DNA from: Actinomycetota bacterium
Lineage (GTDB): Bacteria > Actinomycetota > Coriobacteriia > Anaerosomatales > PHET01
Direction of reading: 5' to 3'
Length of the DNA: 64,000 nt
Assembly (NCBI GenBank): GCA_029265315.1
Contig: JAJUJM010000001.1
Location: 179,463-243,462 of the forward strand
Program-made: the position numbers and the translations under genes
The notes under the pieces: generated by a model
The model's database searches: none
What the model was told of the DNA's origin: nothing
Seen by the model: only the letters and a program-made list of their open reading frames with translations
Shown: positions 44,630 to 54,648 of the stretch, piece by piece
How positions within the stretch are numbered: the stretch's first letter is position 1
Layout of the letters: each line of letters opens with the position of its first letter

Positions 44630-45229
44630 TCAGGAACGCCTTCGCGTGAAGTCATCGAGAGCGGATAGGACCGCAGGTATATCGAATCCTCTGCGGACGA
44701 GTCTGCGGAGCGTCCGCTCTCGCTCTTCGGCCGTCTCTGGGGCCGCTGCTCGAATCAGTTCCGTCAGTCTGGACGGGTCCTGACACTCCTGTTCGACTGC
44801 CGCGCGGGCGACCGACTCGTCGACGCCATGGCGTCTGAGCTCGTCGAGGACTCTGCGGCGGCCGTAGCCGCTCTGAGAACGAGCGCGAGCGAGCATGCTG
44901 GCGAAACGGCTGTCGTCTATCAAGGCGAGCTCAACGAAACGGGCGCAGACTCTTTGGACGACTTCGGACGGATAGCCGTCCCGGAGAAGACGTTCAGCTA
45001 GGTCATGAAGCGATCGTTCACGAGCGGCGACAAGGCGCAGCAGGCGTTCGTGGGCCAGGCGTGACTCGACCTCTTCGAGGAGTGACGTGTCAAGTGCCGC
45101 ACCCTCGGAGAGACCGAGTTCTCTGACGACCGCCTGAGATGTCACGCGTGACGTGTCATCGTAGTTGAGACGCACCGCATGCCCTTGTGCTCCGACGCGC
45201 TCGATCGAGGTGACGATCGTGGAGGTCAT
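44630..45229 (-). CDS. recX: Recombination regulator RecX
   Basis: Repeated helical RecX pattern (SEVVQRVCARFVELALIDDSRFASMLARA). Starts 4 nt after the recA stop. Confidence 0.88.
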   Translation of the reverse strand: MTSTIVTSIERVGAQGHAVRLNYDDTSRVTSQAVVRELGLSEGAALDTSLLEEVESRLAHERLLRLVAARERSLHDLAERLLRDGYPSEVVQRVCARFVELALIDDSRFASMLARARSQSGYGRRRVLDELRRHGVDESVARAAVEQECQDPSRLTELIRAAAPETAEERERTLRRLVRRGFDIPAVLSALDDFTRRRS

Positions 45230-45233
45230 GCGT

Positions 45234-46292
<1,059 letters not shown>

Positions 46293-46351
46293 GCCTCACT
46301 CGCTCCAATCCGGGATGCGGGAGACCCCCACGGGGCTGTCCCGACCCTACA

Positions 46352-46365
46352 CGAACACGTGTTCG
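46352..46365. promoter_or_regulatory. LexA operator (SOS box) CGAACACGTGTTCG upstream of recA
   Basis: Perfect palindrome about 60 nt upstream of the recA start (46292), in the 123-bp thpR-recA spacer. Confidence 0.9.
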
Positions 46366-46415
46366 GTGTCAACGCTGTCCGAGCCAGCTTGAGCCGGCTG
46401 GCCGGTGCTGGACGC

Positions 46416-47018
46416 TCACCTTTGGCGTGAGGCGGTCTCCTCCCCCAGGATCCAGGATCCGACCACTTCGTACGTGGGTCCGTCCGGTCGCAGCCGGCTC
46501 GCATACAACGTAACGGTTGGCACTGACATGACCGGGGCGACGGCTCGAAGATGAGCGGTCGCCCGGGCGAGGTGGTGTCCCGAGATGGGACGGGGGCGCC
46601 TTGACCTGCACAGCGTCACATGAGGGCGGGGCGGTCGGGATTCCGGTTCGAGGTTCGCCGCGCCACATGCGGCGGAGTCGAAGGTATCGACGGCCCTCGC
46701 GAAATGGTCGGACTCGTCATCGTAGGCGGCCCAGATGACCCGGCAGCGTCTGGTGGACGGCGAGGCTTCGAGTCGTTTGAGCGGAAGTTGGAACGAAGGG
46801 ACGGACGGGGCCGTGACGGCGATTGCTCGCATCACGGCGTGGAGCCGATCTTGTTCGAGGGCGCCGAAGAAGCGGAGGGTGACGTGAAGGTTCTCTGGGC
46901 GCACCCATTTCTCCTGTGCCCAGTCGGGCACGTCGGAACGGAGGTCGTCGGCGACGGCTGCGAGAGCACGACCAAGTGCCCCGTGGACGCCGACCGCAAG
47001 GAAGCAGCGGGTCATCAC
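46416..47018 (-). CDS. thpR: RNA 2',3'-cyclic phosphodiesterase (2H family, ThpR/LigT)
   Basis: Two HxT motifs, HVTLRF and HVTLCR, at the spacing typical of 2H phosphoesterases. Confidence 0.85.
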   Translation of the reverse strand: MMTRCFLAVGVHGALGRALAAVADDLRSDVPDWAQEKWVRPENLHVTLRFFGALEQDRLHAVMRAIAVTAPSVPSFQLPLKRLEASPSTRRCRVIWAAYDDESDHFARAVDTFDSAACGAANLEPESRPPRPHVTLCRSRRPRPISGHHLARATAHLRAVAPVMSVPTVTLYASRLRPDGPTYEVVGSWILGEETASRQR

Positions 47019-48244
47019 CGCAGTCGTATCCGATTCCTGAGCAGGTCAAGTGCGTAGGACACTGAACGGTCACGGATGCCCTCTCGTCCCATGGCGGGGA
47101 ATCTGCGCTCATATGCGAAAGAGTCCTCACCGTCAGCGATCCCGAACCAGACCAGACCGACGGGCTTCTCGGCGCTCCCCCCGCCGGGGCCCGCGATTCC
47201 GGTTGTCGAAACGGACAGGTCGACGTCGAACACCTCGCGAGCACCCACGGCCATGGCGAGCGCGACTTCGCGACTCACCGCACCGAAACGTCGGAGCAGC
47301 TCATCAGGAACGTGTATGAGCGTGGCCTTCGCCCGGTTCTCATACGCGACCGCACATCCGGCGAAGACCTCAGAGGCTCCGGGAACGCTGGTGAGCGCGG
47401 CGGCGAGTAGACCGCCGGTGCATGACTCGGCGCACGCGACCCGGACACCAGCCCTCCGGGCGTCGCCGATGACGACCGCGGCCAGGCTGCTGTCATCACG
47501 AGCGTACACATGCTCGCCCAATGCGCCGGCCACGGCATCGGCAGCCGCATGCAGGCCGTCCGCATCGGTCGATTCTGCGACGAGTATCACCTTCACGTCG
47601 CCAGGTCGAGCGAGCACCGTGAGACGCACGCCGGGATGATCCTCAAGAGCACGCTGCGCACTCAGCTGGGCGTCGGACTCCGACAACCCCACCACACCCA
47701 TCTGAGCGGGTGCGGGACGGGATTGGTCGATGCCTTCCAGCACCTTGGCGAGCATGGGGCGCATCTCGGCGGGCGGGCCCGGGAGAAGCGCCAGCGTGCC
47801 TCGCTGTGTCGGAATGACAAGCCCGGGAGCGGTACCCGTCATCGCATCGATGACAGTCGCTCCGGCCAAGACATCGGCCTGGGTGAGGACCTGTTCAGCG
47901 GCTTCCGGCCGGGCGTGTCTCTGGGCTATGGGCATGAGCAGGCTCTCGATGCGCGGGTCCCTCAGAAGCGGGACCCCGAGGGCCTTGGACGCGGCCTCGC
48001 GCGTGACGTCATCGTGAGTCGGGCCCAGCCCTCCCGTCACGACGACGAGGTCGCACCGGGCGATGGTCCGCTTCAAGACCTCGGTCAAGAGGTCGACCCG
48101 GTCGGCGACACTCGTGGCTTCGAGCACGGTGAGTCCGACAGCGTTGAGCGCGCGGGCGATCTCTGAGGTGTTCGTGTCGACGCGGAGGCCCTCTACGAGC
48201 TCTGAGCCCACCGTCACGATCGCAGCCGTTCGCATCAGGTTCAC
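47015..48244 (-). CDS. cinA: CinA family protein (MoCF-binding domain plus nicotinamide-nucleotide amidohydrolase domain)
   Basis: IVTVGSELVEGLRVDTN, VVTGGLGPTHDDVT and C-terminal ACAESCTGGLLAAALT. Confidence 0.9.
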   Translation of the reverse strand: MNLMRTAAIVTVGSELVEGLRVDTNTSEIARALNAVGLTVLEATSVADRVDLLTEVLKRTIARCDLVVVTGGLGPTHDDVTREAASKALGVPLLRDPRIESLLMPIAQRHARPEAAEQVLTQADVLAGATVIDAMTGTAPGLVIPTQRGTLALLPGPPAEMRPMLAKVLEGIDQSRPAPAQMGVVGLSESDAQLSAQRALEDHPGVRLTVLARPGDVKVILVAESTDADGLHAAADAVAGALGEHVYARDDSSLAAVVIGDARRAGVRVACAESCTGGLLAAALTSVPGASEVFAGCAVAYENRAKATLIHVPDELLRRFGAVSREVALAMAVGAREVFDVDLSVSTTGIAGPGGGSAEKPVGLVWFGIADGEDSFAYERRFPAMGREGIRDRSVSYALDLLRNRIRLR

Positions 48245-48250
48245 CTCGTG

Positions 48251-48925
48251 TCAGTCGGTGGTCTCGTCCTCATGCTCGCGGGTCCTCGAAGTCAGAGACA
48301 CTCCCGTCCAGGGCCCTTCGAGGACGTCTGCGGCGTGGCGGAAGTAGTCGACCATGGAAGCGACGGTCATGGCGACGGCCGCTCCCATCACCGCCCACGA
48401 TGCGACTTGGATGAACACGACGAACGGCGAGTCGGTGGTTCCGAGGAGTGCGGAGTCCTTCACGATGAACATGACGATCGCGACTATCTGGAGAACCGTC
48501 TTGATCTTGCCGTACCACGAGGCGGCGATGACGGTCCCCTCTGCTGAAGCGACCATGCGAAGACCGCTCACGATGAACTCACGACTGATGATGATGAGGG
48601 CGACCCACGTCGGGAGGACATCGAGCTCGATGAGTGCGAGCAGGGCCGCGGTGACGAGCAGTTTGTCCGCAAGGGGGTCGATGAACTTGCCGAAGGTCGT
48701 GATCTCGTTCCTGGAGCGCGCGAGATAGCCGTCGACGCCGTCAGTCGCCGCGAGGAGCGTGAAGACGGCAGCGGCGACCCAGGGCTTGAGGGCGACCATC
48801 AGCCTCGGGGCGTCGAGCCAACCCGGCCAGTCGGTGAGCAAAGAGACCAGGAACACCGGGATGAGCACCATGCGAGCGAGCGTCACGGTGTTCGCGGCGT
48901 TCAGTCGCCGCCGGCCGTCCTCCAT
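48251..48925 (-). CDS. pgsA: CDP-diacylglycerol--glycerol-3-phosphate 3-phosphatidyltransferase
   Basis: CDP-alcohol phosphatidyltransferase motif DGVDGYLARSRNEITTFGKFIDPLADK. The ATG at 48925 was verified. Confidence 0.9.
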   Translation of the reverse strand: MEDGRRRLNAANTVTLARMVLIPVFLVSLLTDWPGWLDAPRLMVALKPWVAAAVFTLLAATDGVDGYLARSRNEITTFGKFIDPLADKLLVTAALLALIELDVLPTWVALIIISREFIVSGLRMVASAEGTVIAASWYGKIKTVLQIVAIVMFIVKDSALLGTTDSPFVVFIQVASWAVMGAAVAMTVASMVDYFRHAADVLEGPWTGVSLTSRTREHEDETTD

Positions 48926-48929
48926 GGCT

Positions 48930-50240
48930 TCAGAGCACCTCGCCTTCGAGGTCATATCCAACAGAATCCACGATGCGAGCAATCACGATATCACCGGGTG
49001 AGCCGCTGTCGAGGAGGACGATGCCGTCGACGTCGGGTGCCTGGCCCCGCCACCGCCCGACGACGACGCCTTCGTCGAGGTCCCTGCCTTCGACAAGCAC
49101 CTCGAGTTCCTGGCCGATGCGCGTCGCCGCGCGCGCGAACCCGATCGCATCACCAAGGTCGCGCAGACGTTGTGCACGGGCGCGACGCGTCCGCAACGGA
49201 ACCTGCTGGGGGAACGTGGCGGCTGCTGTGCCCTCCTCTGGCGAGTAGACGAACACGCCTGTGTAGTCGAAGTCGGCGGCTTGGACGAAACGCTCGAGAA
49301 GTGCAGCATCGCCCCGGGTCTCTCCGGGGAATCCAGCGATGAGCGTGGTGCGCAAGACGACGTCGGGCATCTTGTCGCGGATCCGCGTGAGGAGCTTCAT
49401 GTAGGATTCGGCCCCCCCGCGCCTTCGCATCCTTCGGAGTACCGTGGGGCTCGCATGCTGTAGAGGCATGTCGAGGTAGTGGCACACCGTGGGATGTCCG
49501 GCCATGGAATCGAGAAGACGAGTCGTGACGCCGTCAGGCTGCGCGTACATGAGTCGAAGCCAGCCGAGCCCGGGCAGACAGGCGAGTTCGTCGACGAGAT
49601 CAGTGATGGTGAGGCCGCCTTCAAGGTCGCGGCCCCACGCGGTGATGTCCTGGCCAATGAGGACGAGCTCGCGGGCTCCCCGTTCTATGAGCACGCGTGC
49701 CTCTCGCACGAGTCCGTCAAGCGGGCGGCTCACGTACGGCCCTCGGATCTGAGGGATCGTGCAGTACGCACATGCACGGTGACAGCCGTCGGAGACACGG
49801 AGGTAGGCCGAAGGCCCGGAGGAGAGGGGCACCACGTCCGCCTCGAGGGCGGGTCGCGTCGTCGTCCCCGTGAGCTGCGCTATCACATCGGGGAGCTGTT
49901 CCTCGTGCGCGACGGGTACGAACGCGGCCGCTTCCGGGAGCGAGGAGGAGAGGTCGTCGCCGTAGCGTGAGACCATGCAGCCGGCAACGATCACGTGTCG
50001 CGGCGTGGCGTCGTCTGCGTCTTGGAGCAGCGAGAATATCGTCGCTATGGATTCCTCGGTCGCCTCCTGGATGAACGAACAGGTGTTGACGACCACGACC
50101 TCAGCGTCAGCAGGGTCATCGACCAAGTGGAAGCCGGCTGCGACGACGCGTGCGCCCATGACGCCGGTGTCGACCTCGTTCTTGGGACAGCCGAGAGTGA
50201 CGAACGCGACCCTCGGCCGCTGACGGGAGTCGATGGTCAC
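48930..50240 (-). CDS. rimO: Ribosomal protein S12 methylthiotransferase
   Basis: VAFVTLGCPKNEVDT, radical SAM CHRACAYCTIP, C-terminal TRAM domain. Confidence 0.93.
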   Translation of the reverse strand: MTIDSRQRPRVAFVTLGCPKNEVDTGVMGARVVAAGFHLVDDPADAEVVVVNTCSFIQEATEESIATIFSLLQDADDATPRHVIVAGCMVSRYGDDLSSSLPEAAAFVPVAHEEQLPDVIAQLTGTTTRPALEADVVPLSSGPSAYLRVSDGCHRACAYCTIPQIRGPYVSRPLDGLVREARVLIERGARELVLIGQDITAWGRDLEGGLTITDLVDELACLPGLGWLRLMYAQPDGVTTRLLDSMAGHPTVCHYLDMPLQHASPTVLRRMRRRGGAESYMKLLTRIRDKMPDVVLRTTLIAGFPGETRGDAALLERFVQAADFDYTGVFVYSPEEGTAAATFPQQVPLRTRRARAQRLRDLGDAIGFARAATRIGQELEVLVEGRDLDEGVVVGRWRGQAPDVDGIVLLDSGSPGDIVIARIVDSVGYDLEGEVL

Positions 50241-50734
50241 CGGTAGTTGGTGTACTGAAGCGGGATTCCGTAGTCGGCCGCCTTCAGGAACGCGATGACG
50301 GCTTGGAGCTCGTCGCGACTCGGTGAGAACACCCGCAGCTTGTCGCCTTCTATCTGCACCTTCACCTTGAACTTCTGGTCCTTGATGTCCTTGTTGATCC
50401 TGCGTGCGAGGTCCGCTTCTATGCCCATGACGATGGTGCCGATGAAGCGCACGCTGCCGCCGCTCGCGGACTGCGGGGCGCTCCAGGAGATCGCTTTCAG
50501 GTCGACGTTGCGTCGGACGAGCTTCGTGTTGAGGACATCCATGACCTGTCTTGCGACGAAGTCAGACGGGGCGGTGAGGGTGAAGGACCGGTCGCTCTTG
50601 CTGTACTCGAGTGTGGCGCCGGAGTCTTTCAAGTCGTACCGCTGGACGAGCTCCTTGGCCGCCTGCTGGTACGCGTTGTCGACCTCCTGCAGGTCGACTT
50701 CCGACACGATGTCAAAACTGGAATCCTTGGCCAT
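50237..50734 (-). CDS. yajQ: YajQ family nucleotide-binding protein (UPF0234)
   Basis: SSFDIVSEVDLQEVDNAYQQAAKELVQRYDLK is a typical YajQ N-terminus. 4-nt overlap with rimO. Confidence 0.9.
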   Translation of the reverse strand: MAKDSSFDIVSEVDLQEVDNAYQQAAKELVQRYDLKDSGATLEYSKSDRSFTLTAPSDFVARQVMDVLNTKLVRRNVDLKAISWSAPQSASGGSVRFIGTIVMGIEADLARRINKDIKDQKFKVKVQIEGDKLRVFSPSRDELQAVIAFLKAADYGIPLQYTNYR

Positions 50735-50764
50735 GTGGGCGGCTCCTTTCTTCGAACGGATGGG

Positions 50765-51541
50765 TCAGGGCGTCTCGGCCACAAGACGTATGGTCGGTGT
50801 GTCACCTTCGGGCATCGTGATGGGGCGTCCGTCACGAAGGATCGTCACCGCCGCAGGTTCGCCGATGCGGATCGAGGCCTCCCCGACGACCTGGAAGGTC
50901 TTGGACTGCCCCCCCGTGAGTGTCCCCTCATATGCACGTCTGCCATCGATGAGGATGCGGACCCATGACGCTTTTGTGTCCGAGATGCGCACCGTGACCT
51001 CGAACGGTCGTCTGGGAACATCCGACCGTGGGTCGCCGACAGGGACTTGGTCTGGAGTCGCACCTGGGTCTACCGCAGGGTTGTCGTCCGGTTGCGTGGC
51101 GGTCGCGGTGACGCCGGTGACCGGTACAGGTTCCGGCCGGGTCGCGTCGGGGCGCGCGGACCACGCGGCTATCGCCCACACGATGAGAGCGGCCGCTGCG
51201 ACCACGGTGGCGGCCATGAGCGCAGCTGTGGGCGAGATCGCGTGTTGCTCTCCCGTGCGCGGGACCGCCTCGTCGATCTGCGGAAGGTTGAGTGCGGATG
51301 ATCGCTGCTGGCCTGTTTCCGCTTTGTACAGCTGGAGAAGCGCTTGCGGGTCGAGTTCAAGGAAGCGCCCGTAGCTCGATATGTAGCCACGGACGTACCC
51401 GGGGGCAGGCAACCTGTCGTATGCGCCCTCTTCGAGAGCTGCGAGCAATCTCGCGCGTATGCGCGTCGCGGACTCGGCCTGATCCAGCGTCAGTCCCAGA
51501 GCGATTCGACGCTCGCGCAGAGTGTCACCGAGGGAGGCCAT
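50765..51541 (-). CDS. RodZ-like HTH (XRE) membrane protein with DUF4115-type C-terminus
   Basis: LGDTLRERRIALGLTLDQAESATRIRARLLAALEEG, a central TM helix, and a C-terminal beta-rich domain. Confidence 0.8.
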   Translation of the reverse strand: MASLGDTLRERRIALGLTLDQAESATRIRARLLAALEEGAYDRLPAPGYVRGYISSYGRFLELDPQALLQLYKAETGQQRSSALNLPQIDEAVPRTGEQHAISPTAALMAATVVAAAALIVWAIAAWSARPDATRPEPVPVTGVTATATQPDDNPAVDPGATPDQVPVGDPRSDVPRRPFEVTVRISDTKASWVRILIDGRRAYEGTLTGGQSKTFQVVGEASIRIGEPAAVTILRDGRPITMPEGDTPTIRLVAETP

Positions 51542-51543
51542 CG

Positions 51544-53787
51544 CTAGAGACCCTCTCCGGCATCTTCACGCTCGAAGGCCTTGAGCGCCTCGAGCTCCTC
51601 GACATCGACGATGACTTCGCGCGGCTTGCTGCCGTCCGGAGGTCCGACGACTCCCTTCATCTCGAGCATGTCCATGATGCGTCCGGCGCGCGCGTAGCCC
51701 ACCTTGAGACGACGCTGAAGCATGCTGGTGGACCCAAGCCCACTGGTGACGACGATGTCGGCGGCCTCCCAGAGCAGAGGGTCGTCCTCTTCGCCGGCGT
51801 CGCTACCGCCGCCTCCGGCAGATGAGACCTTCAGGTGAAGGATCTCGGTGTGGTAGTCAGGTTCGGACTGTCGTTTGAGGTGTTCGACCACGGCCTCTAT
51901 CTCGGCTTCGGATACGAAGCAGCCCTGGATGCGCTTAGGCTTCGGCCACGCAGGTGTCGAGAAGAGCATGTCGCCAAGACCGACGAGCTTCTCTGCGCCC
52001 GGTTGATCGAGGACGACCCGACTGTCCAAGCCGCTCGCCACGTTGAATGCGATACGGTTGGTGATGTTGGCCTTGATGAGGCCGGTGACGACGTTGGCTT
52101 CGGGGCGTTGTGTCGCGACGATGAGGTGGATCCCTGCGGCGCGCGCCAGTTGTGCGATGCGGCAGATCGAATCCTCGACCTCTTTGGCTGCGACCATCAT
52201 GAGGTCCGCCAACTCGTCGATGACGATGACGAGGTACGGGAGCTCGGGTGATCCCTCAGGGCCCCTCCCCTCTTGCACCATCGCGTTGTACGCGCCGATG
52301 TTGCGAGCACCAGCGGCCTGCAGCACCTTGAGTCTGCGTTCCATCTCGCCCACCGACCACGCCAGTGCGCTGGCCGCCTCCTTGGGTTCGGTGACGACGG
52401 GGACGTAGAGGTGGGGTACACCGTTGTAGAGGGACAGCTCGACGCGCTTCGGGTCGATGAGTATGAGGCGCACCTCAGATGGGGTGGCGCGCATGAGGAT
52501 GCTCGTCAGCATGGCGTTGATCGCGACAGACTTGCCTGAACCGGTCGTGCCACCTATGAGCAGGTGGGGCATCGTGGCCAGGTCCGCCTGAACTGGGTCA
52601 CCTGACACGTCCTTGCCGATCCCGAGGAGGAGGGGTCCCCCCTCGCCCGCAGGTGAAAGCACGTCGCCCAGCGTGACCGAGGCGCGGCGGACGTTGGGAA
52701 CCTCGATCCCGACCAAAGCCTCACCGGGAATGGGTGCTTGGATGCGTATGGTGGACGAGGCAAGGGCCAAGGCCAGATCGTCTGCAAGGGCCGTGACGCG
52801 GTTCAGACGCACCCCCTTGGCGATCTCGACTTTGAACAAGGTGATCGTAGGACCCGCGACCCATCCGACGACGCGCGAGGGGATGTCGAAGGTGGCGAGC
52901 GTCGAGCGAATGGTCTCGGCGATGGTCTTGAGTTCGTTATCGGTGGCTTTGTGACGGGATGCGGACTCAGCGGTGCGTGCCAGGAGTGTGGGAGACGGCA
53001 ACTCGAAACCCTCCATGGCCCTGGGGGCCCGAGCTGCGGGGGTGGGCACCGTCTTGCGAGCGGCTTCCGGATCGGGTGTCGGACTCGGTGCGCGTCGGAC
53101 CACTCGGGGTTGGGGCTCATGTTCGTCTTCAGAGGTGCTGTCCACAGGCAGGGTCTTGGGTGCCCGGGAGCGTCCTGGGGGCGTGGCGGCGGATGTTCGA
53201 GGAGCGCCGGTCCCGAGCCGGTCACGCGCCCGGTCCACCAGTCCGGAGATGGACAGACCGGTCATGACGAGACCGATGAGCAACATGCCGATGAGCAGGA
53301 CGGCGGCTATCGAGGGCGTCGTCGGCGTCGCGAGCGCCCAAGCGAGCGCGCCGCCCACGTACCCACCGTGTGAAGCCACGAGTTCACGGTCGAGGTAGGC
53401 GGCGTTCGGCGTGGCGAGGGACGTGAGAGAGATGATCGCGAGGACGATGACACCGAGACCGGCACCGGTCCGGCCCTCGCGGATGTCCGCGCGCACGAAG
53501 AACGACACGCCCCACAGGAGCAGACCGATGGGAATGAGGTAGGCACCTACGCCGAACGTGGCCTTGAGCGCTGTGGAGACCGCTTGGGATGCCACCCCTG
53601 TCGAGCGGCTCACCACAGCGATCATGAGACCGATTGCGAGCGCCGAGAGGGCAACGCCGACGATGTCGCGTCGGGAGCGGTCGTCGAGCCATCCCGCGGG
53701 ACGGGAGGATGCGCGTTGTGAGGGTCGTCGTCCGCTCGTGGCGGCGGAGCGGGTCTTCGGTGTGCCTGTGCTGCGTTCACGTACCAC
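51544..53787 (-). CDS. ftsK: DNA translocase FtsK/SpoIIIE
   Basis: N-terminal TM helices, Pro-rich linker, Walker A GGTTGSGKSV, and a gamma-domain wHTH at the C-terminus. GTG 53787 was verified. The ORF-track extension to 54282 overlaps uppP. Confidence 0.93.
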   Translation of the reverse strand: MVRERSTGTPKTRSAATSGRRPSQRASSRPAGWLDDRSRRDIVGVALSALAIGLMIAVVSRSTGVASQAVSTALKATFGVGAYLIPIGLLLWGVSFFVRADIREGRTGAGLGVIVLAIISLTSLATPNAAYLDRELVASHGGYVGGALAWALATPTTPSIAAVLLIGMLLIGLVMTGLSISGLVDRARDRLGTGAPRTSAATPPGRSRAPKTLPVDSTSEDEHEPQPRVVRRAPSPTPDPEAARKTVPTPAARAPRAMEGFELPSPTLLARTAESASRHKATDNELKTIAETIRSTLATFDIPSRVVGWVAGPTITLFKVEIAKGVRLNRVTALADDLALALASSTIRIQAPIPGEALVGIEVPNVRRASVTLGDVLSPAGEGGPLLLGIGKDVSGDPVQADLATMPHLLIGGTTGSGKSVAINAMLTSILMRATPSEVRLILIDPKRVELSLYNGVPHLYVPVVTEPKEAASALAWSVGEMERRLKVLQAAGARNIGAYNAMVQEGRGPEGSPELPYLVIVIDELADLMMVAAKEVEDSICRIAQLARAAGIHLIVATQRPEANVVTGLIKANITNRIAFNVASGLDSRVVLDQPGAEKLVGLGDMLFSTPAWPKPKRIQGCFVSEAEIEAVVEHLKRQSEPDYHTEILHLKVSSAGGGGSDAGEEDDPLLWEAADIVVTSGLGSTSMLQRRLKVGYARAGRIMDMLEMKGVVGPPDGSKPREVIVDVEELEALKAFEREDAGEGL

Positions 53788-53807
53788 GGTGAGGCGCGCC
53801 GTTTCTG

Positions 53808-54644
53808 CTAGATGGGTCCATAGACTACCAGGAGAAGGATACCTGCAATCGCGGTGTATGCGGCGAACCAGCCCAACGAATGCCGCCGCACGAAGGGCAG
53901 GAGAAAGTGCATGACGGAGTACCCGACCACGGCGGTGACGGTCACTCCGAGCACGGTGACCGTCACGCTTGGGAGTGAGCCTTCCCCCATCGCGATGTCG
54001 AAGAGCTTCTTGCCCGTGGCGGCCGCGATGATCGGGATCGACATGAGAAAGGAGAAGCGGGCCGCCTCTCCCCGTGTGATTCCCAAAGCCTGTGCTGTCG
54101 CGATCGTTGTCCCGGACCGGGAGACCCCGGGCAGCGCGGCGAATCCCTGTGCGAAACCAACCACCAGGGCCTTGAACCAAGTGATCTCGTGGATGTCGTC
54201 GGCCGGCGCATGTCTGTCGCGCTCGATCCGTGCGATCACCTCGGACGTGACGAGGACAGCGGTCGTGGCGAGCAGGCCCCATGCTGAGATCGCGATCTGC
54301 TGTCTCACGGGTCGAGTCTCCACCCCGGAGACGAAGGACTCCAAGGCGAGGACGACGGCGACGCTCGGGAGCGTGGCGACGATGAGCATCCAGGCCAGTC
54401 GACGTGACCGGGTACGCTCAGGGGCACGCGAAAACGCGCTTCGAACAAGGTGGACGACGTCGTTTTGGAAGTAGGCCAAGGTCGCGAGCAGGGTGCCTGC
54501 GTGCAGAACGACATCGAATCCCAGGCCGAACCTCTGCCAGCCGAGCAGCGACGGCACGAGTATCAGGTGGCCGTCTGAGGATATGGGGAGGAACTCGGTG
54601 ACCGCTTGGACGATGCCGAGGACCATCGCTTCTATGAGGCCCAC
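53808..54644 (-). CDS. uppP: Undecaprenyl-diphosphate phosphatase
   Basis: VQAVTEFLPISSDGHL and PGVSRSGTTI motifs. Confidence 0.95.
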   Translation of the reverse strand: MGLIEAMVLGIVQAVTEFLPISSDGHLILVPSLLGWQRFGLGFDVVLHAGTLLATLAYFQNDVVHLVRSAFSRAPERTRSRRLAWMLIVATLPSVAVVLALESFVSGVETRPVRQQIAISAWGLLATTAVLVTSEVIARIERDRHAPADDIHEITWFKALVVGFAQGFAALPGVSRSGTTIATAQALGITRGEAARFSFLMSIPIIAAATGKKLFDIAMGEGSLPSVTVTVLGVTVTAVVGYSVMHFLLPFVRRHSLGWFAAYTAIAGILLLVVYGPI

Positions 54645-54648
54645 TCGA

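Noticed and set aside
50295-51374. 359-aa plus-strand ORF
   Set aside because: It is antisense to yajQ and the RodZ-like gene, and it is Ser/Ala/Arg-rich with no motifs.
53788-54282. N-terminal extension of the ftsK ORF (912 aa in the ORF track)
   Set aside because: The extension overlaps uppP in another frame and is Arg/His/Gly-rich junk. A verified GTG at 53787 lies just downstream of the uppP stop, before the first TM helix.
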